Source: Ruminococcus sp. (GTDB lineage Bacteria; Bacillota; Clostridia; Oscillospirales; Ruminococcaceae). Taken from it: DNA of 64,000 bases. Made by a program: the position numbers and the translations under genes. Shown one piece after another: positions 1-10,121 of the stretch; the stretch's first letter is position 1; the number at the start of each line of letters is the position of its first letter. The stretch is from assembly GCA_031262105.1 (NCBI GenBank), contig JAISIH010000083.1, positions 3,219 to 67,218 on the forward strand, read 5' to 3'. The notes under the pieces are model-generated. The model had not been told where the DNA came from. It saw only the letters and a list, made by a program, of their open reading frames with translations, and searched no databases.

Positions 1-942
1 TGTGTCATGGCGTATGCATACTACATGACTATGCGCAGTCTCAACGCTGTAACAATGTTCGAGGGGACATTCGCGAACGTCTTTGTTGCAATTATAATTG
101 TGGCGTCGTTTGCGGCGGGCGCACAGCTCGTTATATGGCTCGGGAACCGCATTAACGAAAACGGTCTCGGGAGCGGTATCTCAATCCTCCTCTTCACCGG
201 TATTATCTCAAGAGGACCGTCGGCAATCTTCGCTATGTTTGAGGCGGCGAACGCCGATAAGACACTCTATATCGCGCTTTTCTTCGTGCTGTTATTCTTT
301 ATCGCGATGGTCGGCTTCATTGTCTTCATGAACGACTCCGAGCGGCGAATCCCGGTAACCTACGCGAAGCGCGTTGTCGGAAGAAAGCAATACGGCGGGC
401 AGAGCAGTTATATTCCTATCAAGATTGCAATGAGCGGCGTTATGCCGATTATCTTCGCGATGGCGGTTATGACATTCCCCGGGACAATCGAAATGTTCAT
501 CAAGCCGAACCCGACCTCCGAAGCCTTCTGGGACCAGTTCTATGTCGGCTTCCTCAACTTCTTTAACTACAACAATCCATGGTATGCGCCGCTTTATTTC
601 GTGCTGATCGTTGCGTTTAATTTCTTCTACGTTTCGATGCAATACGACCCGACAAAAATTGCAAATCAACTCCGCGGGAACAACGGCGGCATACCCGGAA
701 TACGCCCCGGCAAGCCCACTGCCGATTACATCAAGAGGGTTTTGGGCAAGATTACGATCGTCGGCGCATTCTTCCTCGGCGTAATCGCAATCGTGCCGAT
801 CTTAACCGGCGTATTCATAACCCAAATCCGCATAAGCATGGGCGGCACAACAATCCTCATTATCGTTTCGGTTATTTTGGAGACAATAAGAATGTTACAA
901 TCGCAGATGATGATGAGACATCATAAGGGTTTCTTAGAATAA
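1..942 (+). CDS. secY: Preprotein translocase subunit SecY (C-terminal part; the gene starts upstream of the window)
   Basis: The frame is open from position 1. It has multi-TM content and the typical SecY C-terminal motifs GGIPGIRPGKPT and GGTTILIIVSV. It sits in the conserved secY-adk-map order. Confidence 0.9.
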   Translation, partial: CVMAYAYYMTMRSLNAVTMFEGTFANVFVAIIIVASFAAGAQLVIWLGNRINENGLGSGISILLFTGIISRGPSAIFAMFEAANADKTLYIALFFVLLFFIAMVGFIVFMNDSERRIPVTYAKRVVGRKQYGGQSSYIPIKIAMSGVMPIIFAMAVMTFPGTIEMFIKPNPTSEAFWDQFYVGFLNFFNYNNPWYAPLYFVLIVAFNFFYVSMQYDPTKIANQLRGNNGGIPGIRPGKPTADYIKRVLGKITIVGAFFLGVIAIVPILTGVFITQIRISMGGTTILIIVSVILETIRMLQSQMMMRHHKGFLE

Positions 943-955
943 GAGAGGTAACTTT

Positions 956-1588
956 ATGAACTTAATTCTTTTAGGCGCACCGGGTGCGGGCAAGGGTACA
1001 CAGGCAGAGAATATCGAAAAGGCGAAAGGAATTCCGCAGATTTCGACGGGGAATATCCTTAAAGCGGCTGTAAAAAACGGAACGGAGATTGGTCTTAAGG
1101 CTAAGTCCTATATGGACGCGGGCGGACTTGTTCCCGATGATGTTGTAATCGGTATCTTGAAGGCGAGAATTAACGAGCGGGATTGCAGAGAGGGATTTAT
1201 CCTTGACGGTTTCCCGAGGACTGTGCCTCAGGCTGATGCACTCGAAGCCATGGGAATTACGATTGACAAGGTTATCTCGATTGAAGTGCCGGACGAAAAA
1301 ATCGCGGCGAGACTTGCAGGGCGGAGAGCTTGCCCGGCGTGCGGGGCAACCTACCACACCGAATACAAGCCGTCGGCGGTTCCCGGTATCTGCGACAAGT
1401 GCGGCGGCGAACTTATAATCCGCTCCGACGACAAGCCCGAGACGGTGCTTGACCGCCTTAAAACCTACCACGAAAAGACAGCCCCCCTCATCGACTACTA
1501 CTCCGCAAAGGGCAAACTTGTTACGGTTGAGGGGCAAGACGAAGTGGCAGACACAACCGCTCTCGTAATGAAGGCACTTGAAGAATGA
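956..1588 (+). CDS. adk: Adenylate kinase
   Basis: P-loop at the N-terminus (MNLILLGAPGAGKGTQ). Zinc-lid cysteines CPACG...CDKCG. Position after secY. Confidence 0.95.
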   Translation: MNLILLGAPGAGKGTQAENIEKAKGIPQISTGNILKAAVKNGTEIGLKAKSYMDAGGLVPDDVVIGILKARINERDCREGFILDGFPRTVPQADALEAMGITIDKVISIEVPDEKIAARLAGRRACPACGATYHTEYKPSAVPGICDKCGGELIIRSDDKPETVLDRLKTYHEKTAPLIDYYSAKGKLVTVEGQDEVADTTALVMKALEE

Positions 1589-1667
1589 GCGGGGACGCCC
1601 CCGCGGGCGATTAAGACGTAAAACAAAACCGACATAAACATAAGATTTGTAGAACGAAGTGTGTTAA

Positions 1668-2423
1668 GTGATACCCATCAAGACCAAAAACGAAATTGAG
1701 AAGATGCGTATTGCGGGGGAAATTGCCGCAAATGCTCTCCACACCGCCGGAAAAGCGATAAAGCCTGGTGTCTCGACATATGAACTTGATATGATTATCA
1801 GGCGATACATCGAAACACACGGCGCAAAGGCAAGTTTCTACAAATACGAGGGCTTCCCGGGCTATTCCTGCATCTCCGTTGGGAGTAAGGTTATCCACGG
1901 TATACCCTCGAAAAAAGAGCGGCTTCGCGACGGCGATATTGTTTCAATCGACGTCGGTGCTTATAAAGACGGCTTCCACGGTGACACAGCATATACCTTC
2001 GCCTGCGGGAAAGTCGCTCCCGAAACTGCAAAGCTTCTCGAAGAGACGAACAAAGCCCTTTACCTTGCCATCGAAGCCGCCCGTATCGGCAACCGCCTCG
2101 GCGATATCGGCTCGGCAGTCGAAAACCACTGCAAACGCTGCGGATTTTCGGTTGTCCGCGATTATGTCGGGCATGGGGTCGGGCGTGACCTTCACGAATC
2201 CCCCGAAATCCCGAATTTCGGCAACCCCGGACGCGGGCTTCGTATTACCAAGGGAATGACCCTCGCTCTCGAGCCGATGGTTAACCTCAAGGGCGAAGAA
2301 ATCCGCACCCTCCACGACAACTGGACCGTCGTTACCGCTTCCGGTTCCCCTTCCGCACACTTTGAACACACGGTTGTTATTACAGAGGACGGGGCAGAGA
2401 TTTTAACGCTCCCGACGGTGTAG
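1668..2423 (+). CDS. map: Type I methionine aminopeptidase
   Basis: Full-length match to the MAP pattern (IKTKNEIEKMR, HGIPS, DVGA..DGFHGD, GHGVG, EPM). Conserved position after adk. Confidence 0.95.
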   Translation: MIPIKTKNEIEKMRIAGEIAANALHTAGKAIKPGVSTYELDMIIRRYIETHGAKASFYKYEGFPGYSCISVGSKVIHGIPSKKERLRDGDIVSIDVGAYKDGFHGDTAYTFACGKVAPETAKLLEETNKALYLAIEAARIGNRLGDIGSAVENHCKRCGFSVVRDYVGHGVGRDLHESPEIPNFGNPGRGLRITKGMTLALEPMVNLKGEEIRTLHDNWTVVTASGSPSAHFEHTVVITEDGAEILTLPTV

Positions 2424-2426
2424 ATT

Positions 2427-2663
2427 ATGGAAGATGGGACGATTGTTATATCCCTTGCGGGGCGGGATAAGGGCAAGAAAATGGCGGTGGTCGGCGGCGG
2501 CGACGGGTTTGTGCTTGTTGCTGACGGGAAAGAGCGGCGGCTTTATACTCCAAAGCGCAAGAACCTTAAACACGTTAAAGCAACGCATGAAAGAATCGAC
2601 ATCATGGGCTTGACAGACAAAGCTTTAAGAAGACTTTTCACAAGCGAGGAAAAAAATGGCTAA
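2427..2663 (+). CDS. KOW-domain RNA-binding protein (small L14E/L6E-like protein common between map and infA in Clostridia)
   Basis: 78-aa ORF with a KOW-like segment ([19 protein letters not shown]). Translationally coupled to infA. Confidence 0.7.
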   Translation: MEDGTIVISLAGRDKGKKMAVVGGGDGFVLVADGKERRLYTPKRKNLKHVKATHERIDIMGLTDKALRRLFTSEEKNG

Positions 2664-2874
2664 AGATGATGTTATTGAAGTACAGGGCATAATAACCGAC
2701 TGTCTCCCGAACACGCTGTTTAAGATTAAACTCGATAACGGTCACGAAATCATGGGACACCTGTCAGGCAAACTCCGCCAGCACTTCATAAGAATAGTCG
2801 AAGGCGACAGAGTTACTTGTGAAATGTCGCCCTACGATCTATCAAAAGGACGCATTACATGGCGTTCCAAGTGA
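2656..2874 (+). CDS. infA: Translation initiation factor IF-1
   Basis: 72 aa. S1-like IF-1 sequence ([11 protein letters not shown]...[13 protein letters not shown]). Confidence 0.95.
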   Translation: MAKDDVIEVQGIITDCLPNTLFKIKLDNGHEIMGHLSGKLRQHFIRIVEGDRVTCEMSPYDLSKGRITWRSK

Positions 2875-2901
2875 GTACCCTATATAGGAGGTTTTAGCAC
2901 A

Positions 2902-3015
2902 ATGAAAGTACGTCCTTCAGTTAAGAAGATGTGTGACAAATGCAAAGTCATAAAACGTCACGGCAAAATCATGGTTATCTGCGAAAACCCGAAACACAAA
3001 CAAAGACAAGGCTAA
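2902..3015 (+). CDS. rpmJ: 50S ribosomal protein L36
   Basis: Not in the ORF track because it is too short. I translated it by hand: [46 protein letters not shown] lies upstream. Confidence 0.9.
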   Translation: MKVRPSVKKMCDKCKVIKRHGKIMVICENPKHKQRQG

Positions 3016-3044
3016 TACTATTTAGTCGGAGGTGAATATTAAAA

Positions 3045-3413
3045 ATGGCAAGAATCGCCGGTGTTGACCTTCCCAAGGCAAAGCGCATTGAGTACGGTCT
3101 AACTTATATCTATGGCATAGGCGTGAGTTCGTCACGGAAGATTTTAGCGGCTGCGGGAGTTTCGCCCGATACCCGCGTTAAGGACCTTTCCGAAGATGAA
3201 GTCGGCAAAATCAGAGCAGAGATTGACAAGGATTATACCGTTGAGGGCGACCTTAAACGTGAAGTCCAGCTCAATATCAAGAGGCTTGTTGAGATAGGCT
3301 GTTATCGCGGAATCCGCCACAGAAGGGGTCTCCCCGTTCGCGGACAACGCACAAAAACAAATGCACGTACCCGTAAAGGTCCGGCTAAGACTATCGCTAA
3401 CAAGAAGAAGTAA
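3045..3413 (+). CDS. rpsM: 30S ribosomal protein S13
   Basis: [10 protein letters not shown] start, an [25 protein letters not shown] segment near the C-terminus, and operon position. Confidence 0.95.
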   Translation: MARIAGVDLPKAKRIEYGLTYIYGIGVSSSRKILAAAGVSPDTRVKDLSEDEVGKIRAEIDKDYTVEGDLKREVQLNIKRLVEIGCYRGIRHRRGLPVRGQRTKTNARTRKGPAKTIANKKK

Positions 3414-3430
3414 AGGAGTGAGTACACTAA

Positions 3431-3838
3431 TTGGCACAGGTAAAAGCAGGTGCGAAACGTGCAGTATCGCGCAAACGCCGCGAAAAAAAGCACATCGAAC
3501 AGGGACACGTTCACATTCAATCCACCTTCAATAACACTATCGTTACCATAACCGACGTCCGCGGGAACGCTATTTCTTGGGCTTCCGCCGGAGGAATGGG
3601 CTTTAGAGGCTCGCGTAAATCGACTCCGTTCGCGGCACAATCGGCAGCAGAAACCGCCGCTAAGGGTGCTATCGAACACGGGCTTAAATCGGTTGAAGTT
3701 TTCGTAAAAGGTCCCGGCGCGGGGCGTGAAGCGGCAATAAGAGCTTTACAGACGGTTGGGCTTGAGGTTCGCCTTATCAAAGACGTTACCCCGATTCCTC
3801 ACAACGGTTGCCGTCCCCCGAAACGTCGTCGTGTGTAG
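3431..3838 (+). CDS. rpsK: 30S ribosomal protein S11
   Basis: [15 protein letters not shown] and [13 protein letters not shown] motifs. Probable TTG start. Confidence 0.95.
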   Translation: MAQVKAGAKRAVSRKRREKKHIEQGHVHIQSTFNNTIVTITDVRGNAISWASAGGMGFRGSRKSTPFAAQSAAETAAKGAIEHGLKSVEVFVKGPGAGREAAIRALQTVGLEVRLIKDVTPIPHNGCRPPKRRRV

Positions 3839-3947
3839 TCATAATATTCCAAAAACGTCCCGATAATATTAAGCTCCCCGCCGCATCGTTCGTGCGAAGC
3901 GTTTAGGTTTTATATTTTCGGTGAATAATAAAATTGAGGTGTTTAGT

Positions 3948-4553
3948 TTGGCAGTAAATAAAGACCCTGTTATAAAAAGGTGCCGGAAGCTCGGTATCTC
4001 CCCCGCCGTTATGGGCGTATACTATAAATCCTCTCGTTTTGCAAAAGACAAGAGCGGTATGCACAAGAAGGTTTCCGAATACGGTCTCCAGCTTACCGAA
4101 AAGCAGAAACTTAAATTTATCTACGGCATGATGGAAACCCCTTTCCGTCACTACTTTGAAATTGCCGCGAAGATGGAAGGCAAGGCGGGCGACAACCTTA
4201 TTACCCTCCTTGAAAGCCGTCTTGACAACATCGCTTATCGCATGGGGCTTGCCTCAACGCGCCGCGAAGCAAGACAACTCGTCGGGCATGGTCACTTCTC
4301 CGTTAACGGGATAAAGGTTGATATACCCTCTTATCGCGTTAAGGCGGGCGACGTCGTTACACTTCGTGAAAAATCCCGCAAATCCCCTAAGTTCAAGGAA
4401 ATTATCGAAACGGGCAGAAAGGGCGTTACTCCGGGCTTCCTCGAAGTATCCGACGACCTTTACACCGCGAAGATTGTTCGCGCTCCCGCTGTATCGGACC
4501 TCGACTTTGAAGTTTCTACCCAACTTATCGTTGAGCTTTATTCCAAGAACTAA
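3948..4553 (+). CDS. rpsD: 30S ribosomal protein S4
   Basis: S4 sequence (AVNKDPVIKRCRKLG...S4 RNA-binding domain). I moved the start to the in-frame TTG at 3948, which is preceded by GAGGTG. The track ORF starts at 3921. Confidence 0.9.
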   Translation: MAVNKDPVIKRCRKLGISPAVMGVYYKSSRFAKDKSGMHKKVSEYGLQLTEKQKLKFIYGMMETPFRHYFEIAAKMEGKAGDNLITLLESRLDNIAYRMGLASTRREARQLVGHGHFSVNGIKVDIPSYRVKAGDVVTLREKSRKSPKFKEIIETGRKGVTPGFLEVSDDLYTAKIVRAPAVSDLDFEVSTQLIVELYSKN

Positions 4554-4592
4554 TTAATCGCTTTTTTCAGATAATAAGGGGGTAAAGACACC

Positions 4593-5546
4593 ATGCTTGA
4601 AAAAATTGAAAAACCCGAAATAGAATGTGTTGACCTTAAGCCTAACGGCACATACGGTAAATTTATCGTTGCGCCGCTCGAACGCGGGTACGGACACACT
4701 CTCGGAAACAGCCTTCGCCGCGTTTTGCTCTCAAGTCTGCCCGGTGTTGCCGTTACAAGCGTTAAGATTGACGGGGTTCATCACGAACTTTCGACAATCC
4801 CCGGCGTGAAGGAAGACGTCACCGAAATAGTATTAAACCTCAAGGGGCTTGTCTGCAAGATGTACACTGACGGTCCGAAGACGCTTCATATTGAGGCGGA
4901 GGACGAGCAGGAAGTTATTGCGGCGTCGATTAAGCCTGATGCGGACGTTGATATCTTAGTGCCGGATATGCATATCGCGACACTCGACCACGGCGCGAAG
5001 CTTAACATGGACATAACTATCGACAGAGGGCGGGGATATGTCCCTGCTGAGAAAAACAAGACGCTTTTTAACTTCGGGATTGACGTTATCGCTGTCGATT
5101 CTATCTACACGCCTGTACTGAAAGTACATTATACAGTCGAGGACACCCGCCTCGGACAGACCACGGACTTTGATATGTTAACCCTCGAAGTCTGGACGAA
5201 TGGGGTTATCTCGGCAAAGGATGCAGTCTCAACTTCAGCCAACCTCCTCAATGAACACCTCAGGCTCTTCACAGAGCTTTCCGACGAATCGGTTATGCCC
5301 GAACTCATGGCAGAGAAAGACGAGAAGGGCAAAGAGAAAATACTCGAGATGACCATTGAAGAGCTTGACCTTTCAGTGCGGTCTTTTAACTGCTTAAAGC
5401 GTGCCGGAATCAACACAGTAGACGACCTTATCGGCAAATCCGAAACCGAAATGATGAAGGTTAGAAACCTCGGTAAGAAGTCGTTTGACGAGGTTAAAGA
5501 GAAACTCCTGTCATTGGGGTTCGCGCTTAACACAGAGGAAGAATAA
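4593..5546 (+). CDS. rpoA: DNA-directed RNA polymerase subunit alpha
   Basis: 317 aa. N-terminal assembly domain ([14 protein letters not shown]) and C-terminal domain ([16 protein letters not shown]). Confidence 0.95.
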   Translation: MLEKIEKPEIECVDLKPNGTYGKFIVAPLERGYGHTLGNSLRRVLLSSLPGVAVTSVKIDGVHHELSTIPGVKEDVTEIVLNLKGLVCKMYTDGPKTLHIEAEDEQEVIAASIKPDADVDILVPDMHIATLDHGAKLNMDITIDRGRGYVPAEKNKTLFNFGIDVIAVDSIYTPVLKVHYTVEDTRLGQTTDFDMLTLEVWTNGVISAKDAVSTSANLLNEHLRLFTELSDESVMPELMAEKDEKGKEKILEMTIEELDLSVRSFNCLKRAGINTVDDLIGKSETEMMKVRNLGKKSFDEVKEKLLSLGFALNTEEE

Positions 5547-5568
5547 ACTAAATACTACCCGAAGGGGG

Positions 5569-5922
5569 ATGAAAATTTTGGCTGGCTCAAGGAAATTAGG
5601 GAGAGCTACCGATGCGAGAAAAGCTATGCTTCGCGCAATGGTAACCTACCTTTTAGAATACGGCAAGATTGAAACAACCGTTACTCGCGCCAAGGAAGTA
5701 CGTTCCATGACCGAGATTATGATAACTAAGGCGAAGGCAGGCGACCTTCACGCAAGACGTCAAGTCCTCGCGTACGTTACAAAAGAAGATGTCGTTAAAA
5801 AGCTTTTTGAGGAAATCGCTCCCTCATATAAAGAGCGAAACGGCGGTTACACACGGATTTATAAGATAGGTCCGAGACGCGGCGACGCTGCGGAGATGGC
5901 TATTATTGAATTAGTGAAGTAA
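5569..5922 (+). CDS. rplQ: 50S ribosomal protein L17
   Basis: L17 pattern ([18 protein letters not shown]...GGYTRI). The start is set at ATG 5569, after a GGGGG RBS. The longer track ORF overlaps rpoA. Confidence 0.9.
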   Translation: MKILAGSRKLGRATDARKAMLRAMVTYLLEYGKIETTVTRAKEVRSMTEIMITKAKAGDLHARRQVLAYVTKEDVVKKLFEEIAPSYKERNGGYTRIYKIGPRRGDAAEMAIIELVK

Positions 5923-5935
5923 TAGAAAATATAAC

Positions 5936-5976
5936 CATATACACGGTGTTTCTGTATCGGGAACATCGTGTATATG
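5936..5976 (+). terminator. Hairpin terminator after rplQ
   Basis: 15-bp stem (catatacacggtgtt / aacatcgtgtatatg, one G.U pair) with an 11-nt loop, 14 nt after the rplQ stop. Confidence 0.55.
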
Positions 5977-6183
5977 TATTATCTGTTGATAAATAATTAT
6001 GAAATTAAGTTCATTTATTAAACATTGTGTAAATTTTAAAGTTTGTATAACAATTTACTTGTATTTGTTCATATAATATGTTATAATTGATTAAACTAAT
6101 AAAATAAATTAAATGTTTTTTTTGTGTTGCCAAAATTGTAATTTTATAGTTCAAGGATTTGTAATGACGAAAAGAGGAAAAAC

Positions 6184-6369
6184 GTGTTAATCGAAAAGAA
6201 AAATTGCTTAAACGAGGAAGCTCGTAATTACAACCACAAACCTGTTGAAGTTACAACCGGTTTTAGTGAGCTTACTTTTATATATCCTGATGATGAAGAA
6301 ATTATTCCTGACGAGGAAAGATTTATATTTCCCATAGACAAGGTCTTCTCAAGCGGTTATCCTATTTAA
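6184..6369 (+). CDS. Hypothetical small acidic protein (61 aa) in the low-GC island
   Basis: GTG start preceded by AAGAGGAAAAA. A/T-rich codon usage like the following gene. I recognise no motif. Confidence 0.35.
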   Translation: MLIEKKNCLNEEARNYNHKPVEVTTGFSELTFIYPDDEEIIPDEERFIFPIDKVFSSGYPI

Positions 6370-6382
6370 AAAATCATACACC

Positions 6383-6423
6383 CAAACAACGGTTGAAGAA
6401 CAATGTTAGTCAACCGTTGTTTG
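6383..6423 (+). terminator. 14-bp perfect hairpin between the small ORF and the 797-aa gene (possible attenuator or terminator)
   Basis: caaacaacggttga / tcaaccgttgtttg with a 13-nt loop. There is no clean U-tract. Confidence 0.4.
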
Positions 6424-6449
6424 TATTACTATATTAAGGACAGTATCAA

Positions 6450-8843
6450 ATGCCGAATGATCCGATTGGATATAAATTGACCTTCTGTAAAAAGCTCTCA
6501 GCGCTTGATAACCCTGTACCCGGTGTGGCATTTGAATATCTAACATTGGCGCACTTCGATGGGATTTTTATAAATGAAATAAAGTGCGTTAGTGATTATA
6601 AAAAGACGTGTTCGGACATCCTACAAGATGGAATAAAGTGGGGCGACCTAACAGCCGACAAACAGAATAAGTTAAATTTTCTTGCGCATTGCGAAAAACA
6701 GGTCGTAAATATCATAACAGAAAACGTCAATAATGATGTGTTAAGTAATCACGATATGCCGATTATGGTGGTCACACTTTTAAATTTCAGTGATGAAAAC
6801 AATTGCAGAAGCCAAAAAATAAATAGTATAAAGAATGCTCTCCAGAATTATATCGGAAATTTAAGTGTCGATTTTGGGGTTTATATGCCGCTGTCTATAG
6901 AGGATTTAGCAATTGTTTTTAAATCCTATACTCTTGAAAGTATTTTAAAGCTTATTACTAATCTAAGAAATCACAAATGTTTTGCTGACGTTATGAATAT
7001 GTATTCCGTAATTTCTTTAGACACAAATTCTGATAAACCCGCTCAGATCGAGGAAATTAACACTTATATAAAGATTCAGGCGGTTCCCCCGACAAGTTTT
7101 CGCGAAATAGCAGATAATTTACCTTCGGTTACGCCGATTGGTGAAGAACGTAATTATAATGACACTAAAGTTGCGGTCGGAAAATATGATATGTATCATA
7201 GAATATCCATAAAAAACACAATGAACTATTATTTTAATTTATACAGAAATATTCTTGATACAAATTCATGCATTTCAAAAAAGTTAGGCGTGTTATCCAC
7301 AGAAACTATAGTAATTAAACCGCTTAACGAGAGCGGTGAAAAAAATCATTTTACCAACCAATTTGCATTTAGCGGAAATATCAATAAACAAAAAAGTTGG
7401 AATGAATGGTATAGACGATTCGAAGAATGTTGGAATAAAGAGTGGGACAAAGGTAATAAAAGTGAAACTAAGAAAAAATATAAAGAATGGTTCCCTACTC
7501 TTTATAAATTTTCTGGTATGCTTAGTGGTCGTGCTCATCGTATATCACACGCTGTTTCTTCTTATAAGTATTTCGAACCATTTTGGGAATTTATTTCTGA
7601 AATAACGAAATTTATTCCGGAATTTATAAAGAGTGAATCAAAAAGAGAAAACTATAATCGCAGCGTTCTAACTGTAAGTGATGAAATCAGATCATTGATT
7701 ACCGGAATTGACGATGTCTTTTCGACGTCTTTCCATGATTTTGAGCAATCGCAAAAAGATGGGTTATGCGTTCACTCTGCCGGAAAGCTTATGGTTGCAT
7801 ATCGGAATTTTGCTGAATTTTTAGGTAATCAATTATTATCTGTTATAGGTCACGACGGTAGACACATTTATTTTTCAATTGTTTCAGCAATAACAGAGAC
7901 CACAAAAATAAACAGATATGACATTAAAGAGAATAAAACGAATAATACATTCTTAACAATACATATGCCGTTTTCAAATATTTACGATTTTCGTGCGGCG
8001 ATTTTTAAGATTTGCCATGAAATTGGGCATTTAATATACGTCACTGATGCTGAAAAAAGCAGATTCAAGGATATATGTAATGAAGGATTAGAGATAGAGA
8101 GTATTAGATTCAGTAATCCCAAAATAGTACATCAACTTAATAAAATACTTGATGAATTTTACGAGGAATTCGCTGCTGATTACTATGCAATTAAAATATT
8201 AGGGCTTGATGTTCTTTATAGTGATCCAAAGCACGATAAAGATGCTGTTTTGAATCAAATTCAAGAAATATTCATGACTGAACTTAATGATAAACAACGA
8301 GCCGGCGTTAACCTTCGATTCCAAGGTATTCGTTTACTCTTACGCCTTCAACCAATGCTAATAAGGGACAAAAAACATGATTTAAACTTAGACAGTTTAA
8401 TAGCTTGGGCGTATCAACCATCTGATGTAATACAAGAACTACTTAATTCCGTAGCCGAAAATGTTATCCCGGTAATTGGGCAGGTAGGTAGCGCCTCTGT
8501 TATTGTTAAAGAAGCAGTAAAATATGCAACTGACGTTAAAAATGTAGAAGAGTTTATTTACCTCAATACGAATATTAGTGAAAAGATTTTTTCTCCGGCA
8601 GCTCTTTACATTTTAAGGCAAAATGAAGATGTAAAATTAATAAATGACATATATACGATCTTAAATAAAAATAAAAAAGAAAATTCAGAATTTCCTTTTC
8701 AAAATCAAATTAACTTTTTCAAAAGCTATAGGGAGCATTTCTTTGATTATAGAAGCGGGAGCTCTTCATATCGAGATGATGTTGTTCCATTTCGAGATTT
8801 TTTGTTAGCCTTTACCGAGCGCAGAAAATACATAGAACTATGA
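6450..8843 (+). CDS. Large (797 aa) hypothetical protein with an HExxH zinc-metallopeptidase-like module (ImmA/IrrE, M78-like), encoded on a low-GC island
   Basis: Long uninterrupted ORF in strongly A/T-rich DNA. HEIGH lies at nt 8016..8030, and EEFAADYYA at nt 8163..8189 about 49 aa later, resembling the HExxH...ExxANxFA signature. No signal peptide or TM segment is evident. Confidence 0.7.
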   Translation: MPNDPIGYKLTFCKKLSALDNPVPGVAFEYLTLAHFDGIFINEIKCVSDYKKTCSDILQDGIKWGDLTADKQNKLNFLAHCEKQVVNIITENVNNDVLSNHDMPIMVVTLLNFSDENNCRSQKINSIKNALQNYIGNLSVDFGVYMPLSIEDLAIVFKSYTLESILKLITNLRNHKCFADVMNMYSVISLDTNSDKPAQIEEINTYIKIQAVPPTSFREIADNLPSVTPIGEERNYNDTKVAVGKYDMYHRISIKNTMNYYFNLYRNILDTNSCISKKLGVLSTETIVIKPLNESGEKNHFTNQFAFSGNINKQKSWNEWYRRFEECWNKEWDKGNKSETKKKYKEWFPTLYKFSGMLSGRAHRISHAVSSYKYFEPFWEFISEITKFIPEFIKSESKRENYNRSVLTVSDEIRSLITGIDDVFSTSFHDFEQSQKDGLCVHSAGKLMVAYRNFAEFLGNQLLSVIGHDGRHIYFSIVSAITETTKINRYDIKENKTNNTFLTIHMPFSNIYDFRAAIFKICHEIGHLIYVTDAEKSRFKDICNEGLEIESIRFSNPKIVHQLNKILDEFYEEFAADYYAIKILGLDVLYSDPKHDKDAVLNQIQEIFMTELNDKQRAGVNLRFQGIRLLLRLQPMLIRDKKHDLNLDSLIAWAYQPSDVIQELLNSVAENVIPVIGQVGSASVIVKEAVKYATDVKNVEEFIYLNTNISEKIFSPAALYILRQNEDVKLINDIYTILNKNKKENSEFPFQNQINFFKSYREHFFDYRSGSSSYRDDVVPFRDFLLAFTERRKYIEL

Positions 8844-8846
8844 AAA

Positions 8847-8872
8847 AAGAGGCATGGTTAGATATGCCTCTT
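8847..8872. terminator. Bidirectional intrinsic terminator shared by the 797-aa gene (+) and the purH-like gene (-)
   Basis: aagaggcat / atgcctctt 9-bp stem, flanked by an A-run on the left and a T-run on the right. Confidence 0.7.
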
Positions 8873-8919
8873 TTGTTTTATTTTGTTGTTACCTTACTCG
8901 CGGTGTTCCACATGGAACA

Positions 8920-10113
8920 TTAATGATGAAATAATCTTATCCCCGTAAACGCCATAGCCATGTTATATTTGTTACAGGTTTCGATAACGTTGTCGTCGCG
9001 GATTGAGCCGCCGGGTTCTGCAATGTATTTCACGCCGGAGCGATAGGCGCGTTCGATGTTGTCGCCGAAGGGGAAGAACGCGTCGGAGCCGAGGGCGACG
9101 TCTGTGTTTGTTTTAAGCCATGCTTTTTTTGCTTCGCGTGTGAATTCTGCCGGCTTTACCTTGAAGATGTTCTGCCAAACGCCGTCGGCGAGGACTTCGT
9201 CGGAGTCGTCGGAGATGTAGACGTCGATTGCGTTGTCGCGGTCGGGGCGGCGGATATTGTCCGCAAACTGCAGCCCGAGGACTTCGGGGGACTGCCGCAG
9301 ATACCAGTTATCGGCTTTTTGCCCGGCGAGGCGGGTGCAGTGGATTCGAGACTGCTGACCGGCGCCGATTCCGATTGCCTGACCGTCTTTTACGTAGCAG
9401 ACGGAGTTCGACTGCGTGTATTTTAGGGTTATCAGCGAGATTATAAGATCCTCTAATTTGTCGGCGGGGATATTCTTGTTTTCGGTTACGATATTTTGGA
9501 GCAAATCGGCGTTGATTTTAAGTTCGTTTCTGCCCTGTTCAAAGGTTACGCCGAAGACATCTTTTGTTTCAATCGGCGCGGGAACATAGCTTTCGTCGAT
9601 TTTTACTATGCAATACGTGCCTTTGCGCTTGCTTTTTAGGATTTCGAGAGCCTTTTGGCTGTAGCCCGGGGCGATTATGCCATCCGAAACCTCGACCTGA
9701 ATTAGCTTTGCTGTCGATTCGTCGCACTCGTCCGAGAGGGCGATAAAGTCGCCGTAAGATGACATTCTGTCCGCGCCTCTTGCCCTTGCATATGCGCAAG
9801 CTAAGGGGCTTAGTTCCCCGTCACCTGTGAAATAAATCTTACGGAGCGTGTCTGACAGGGGTCTGCCGACCGCTGCGCCGGCGGGGGAGACGTGCTTGAA
9901 GCTTGTCGCGGCGGGTAAGCCTGTCGCCGCCTTAAGTTCGCGGACAAGCTGCCAGCCATTGAACGCGTCGAGCAGATTTATATAGCCGGGCTTGCCGCAG
10001 AGTACCTCTATGGGGAGGGGGGCGGTGTTTGCGGGGGTTGCGTTCGCGTTTGCGGTTTTGACGTAGACTGACGCGGGTTTCTGATTAGGGTTACAGCCGT
10101 ATTTTAGTTCCAT
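8920..10113 (-). CDS. purH: AICAR formyltransferase (PurH C-terminal-domain-only type)
   Basis: 397 aa. Ends with the canonical GSDAFFPFGDNIE...PGGSIRDDNVI...AMAFTGIRLFHH. It lacks the N-terminal MGS/IMP-cyclohydrolase domain. Confidence 0.85.
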   Translation of the reverse strand: MELKYGCNPNQKPASVYVKTANANATPANTAPLPIEVLCGKPGYINLLDAFNGWQLVRELKAATGLPAATSFKHVSPAGAAVGRPLSDTLRKIYFTGDGELSPLACAYARARGADRMSSYGDFIALSDECDESTAKLIQVEVSDGIIAPGYSQKALEILKSKRKGTYCIVKIDESYVPAPIETKDVFGVTFEQGRNELKINADLLQNIVTENKNIPADKLEDLIISLITLKYTQSNSVCYVKDGQAIGIGAGQQSRIHCTRLAGQKADNWYLRQSPEVLGLQFADNIRRPDRDNAIDVYISDDSDEVLADGVWQNIFKVKPAEFTREAKKAWLKTNTDVALGSDAFFPFGDNIERAYRSGVKYIAEPGGSIRDDNVIETCNKYNMAMAFTGIRLFHH

Positions 10114-10121
10114 TTTTGCAC

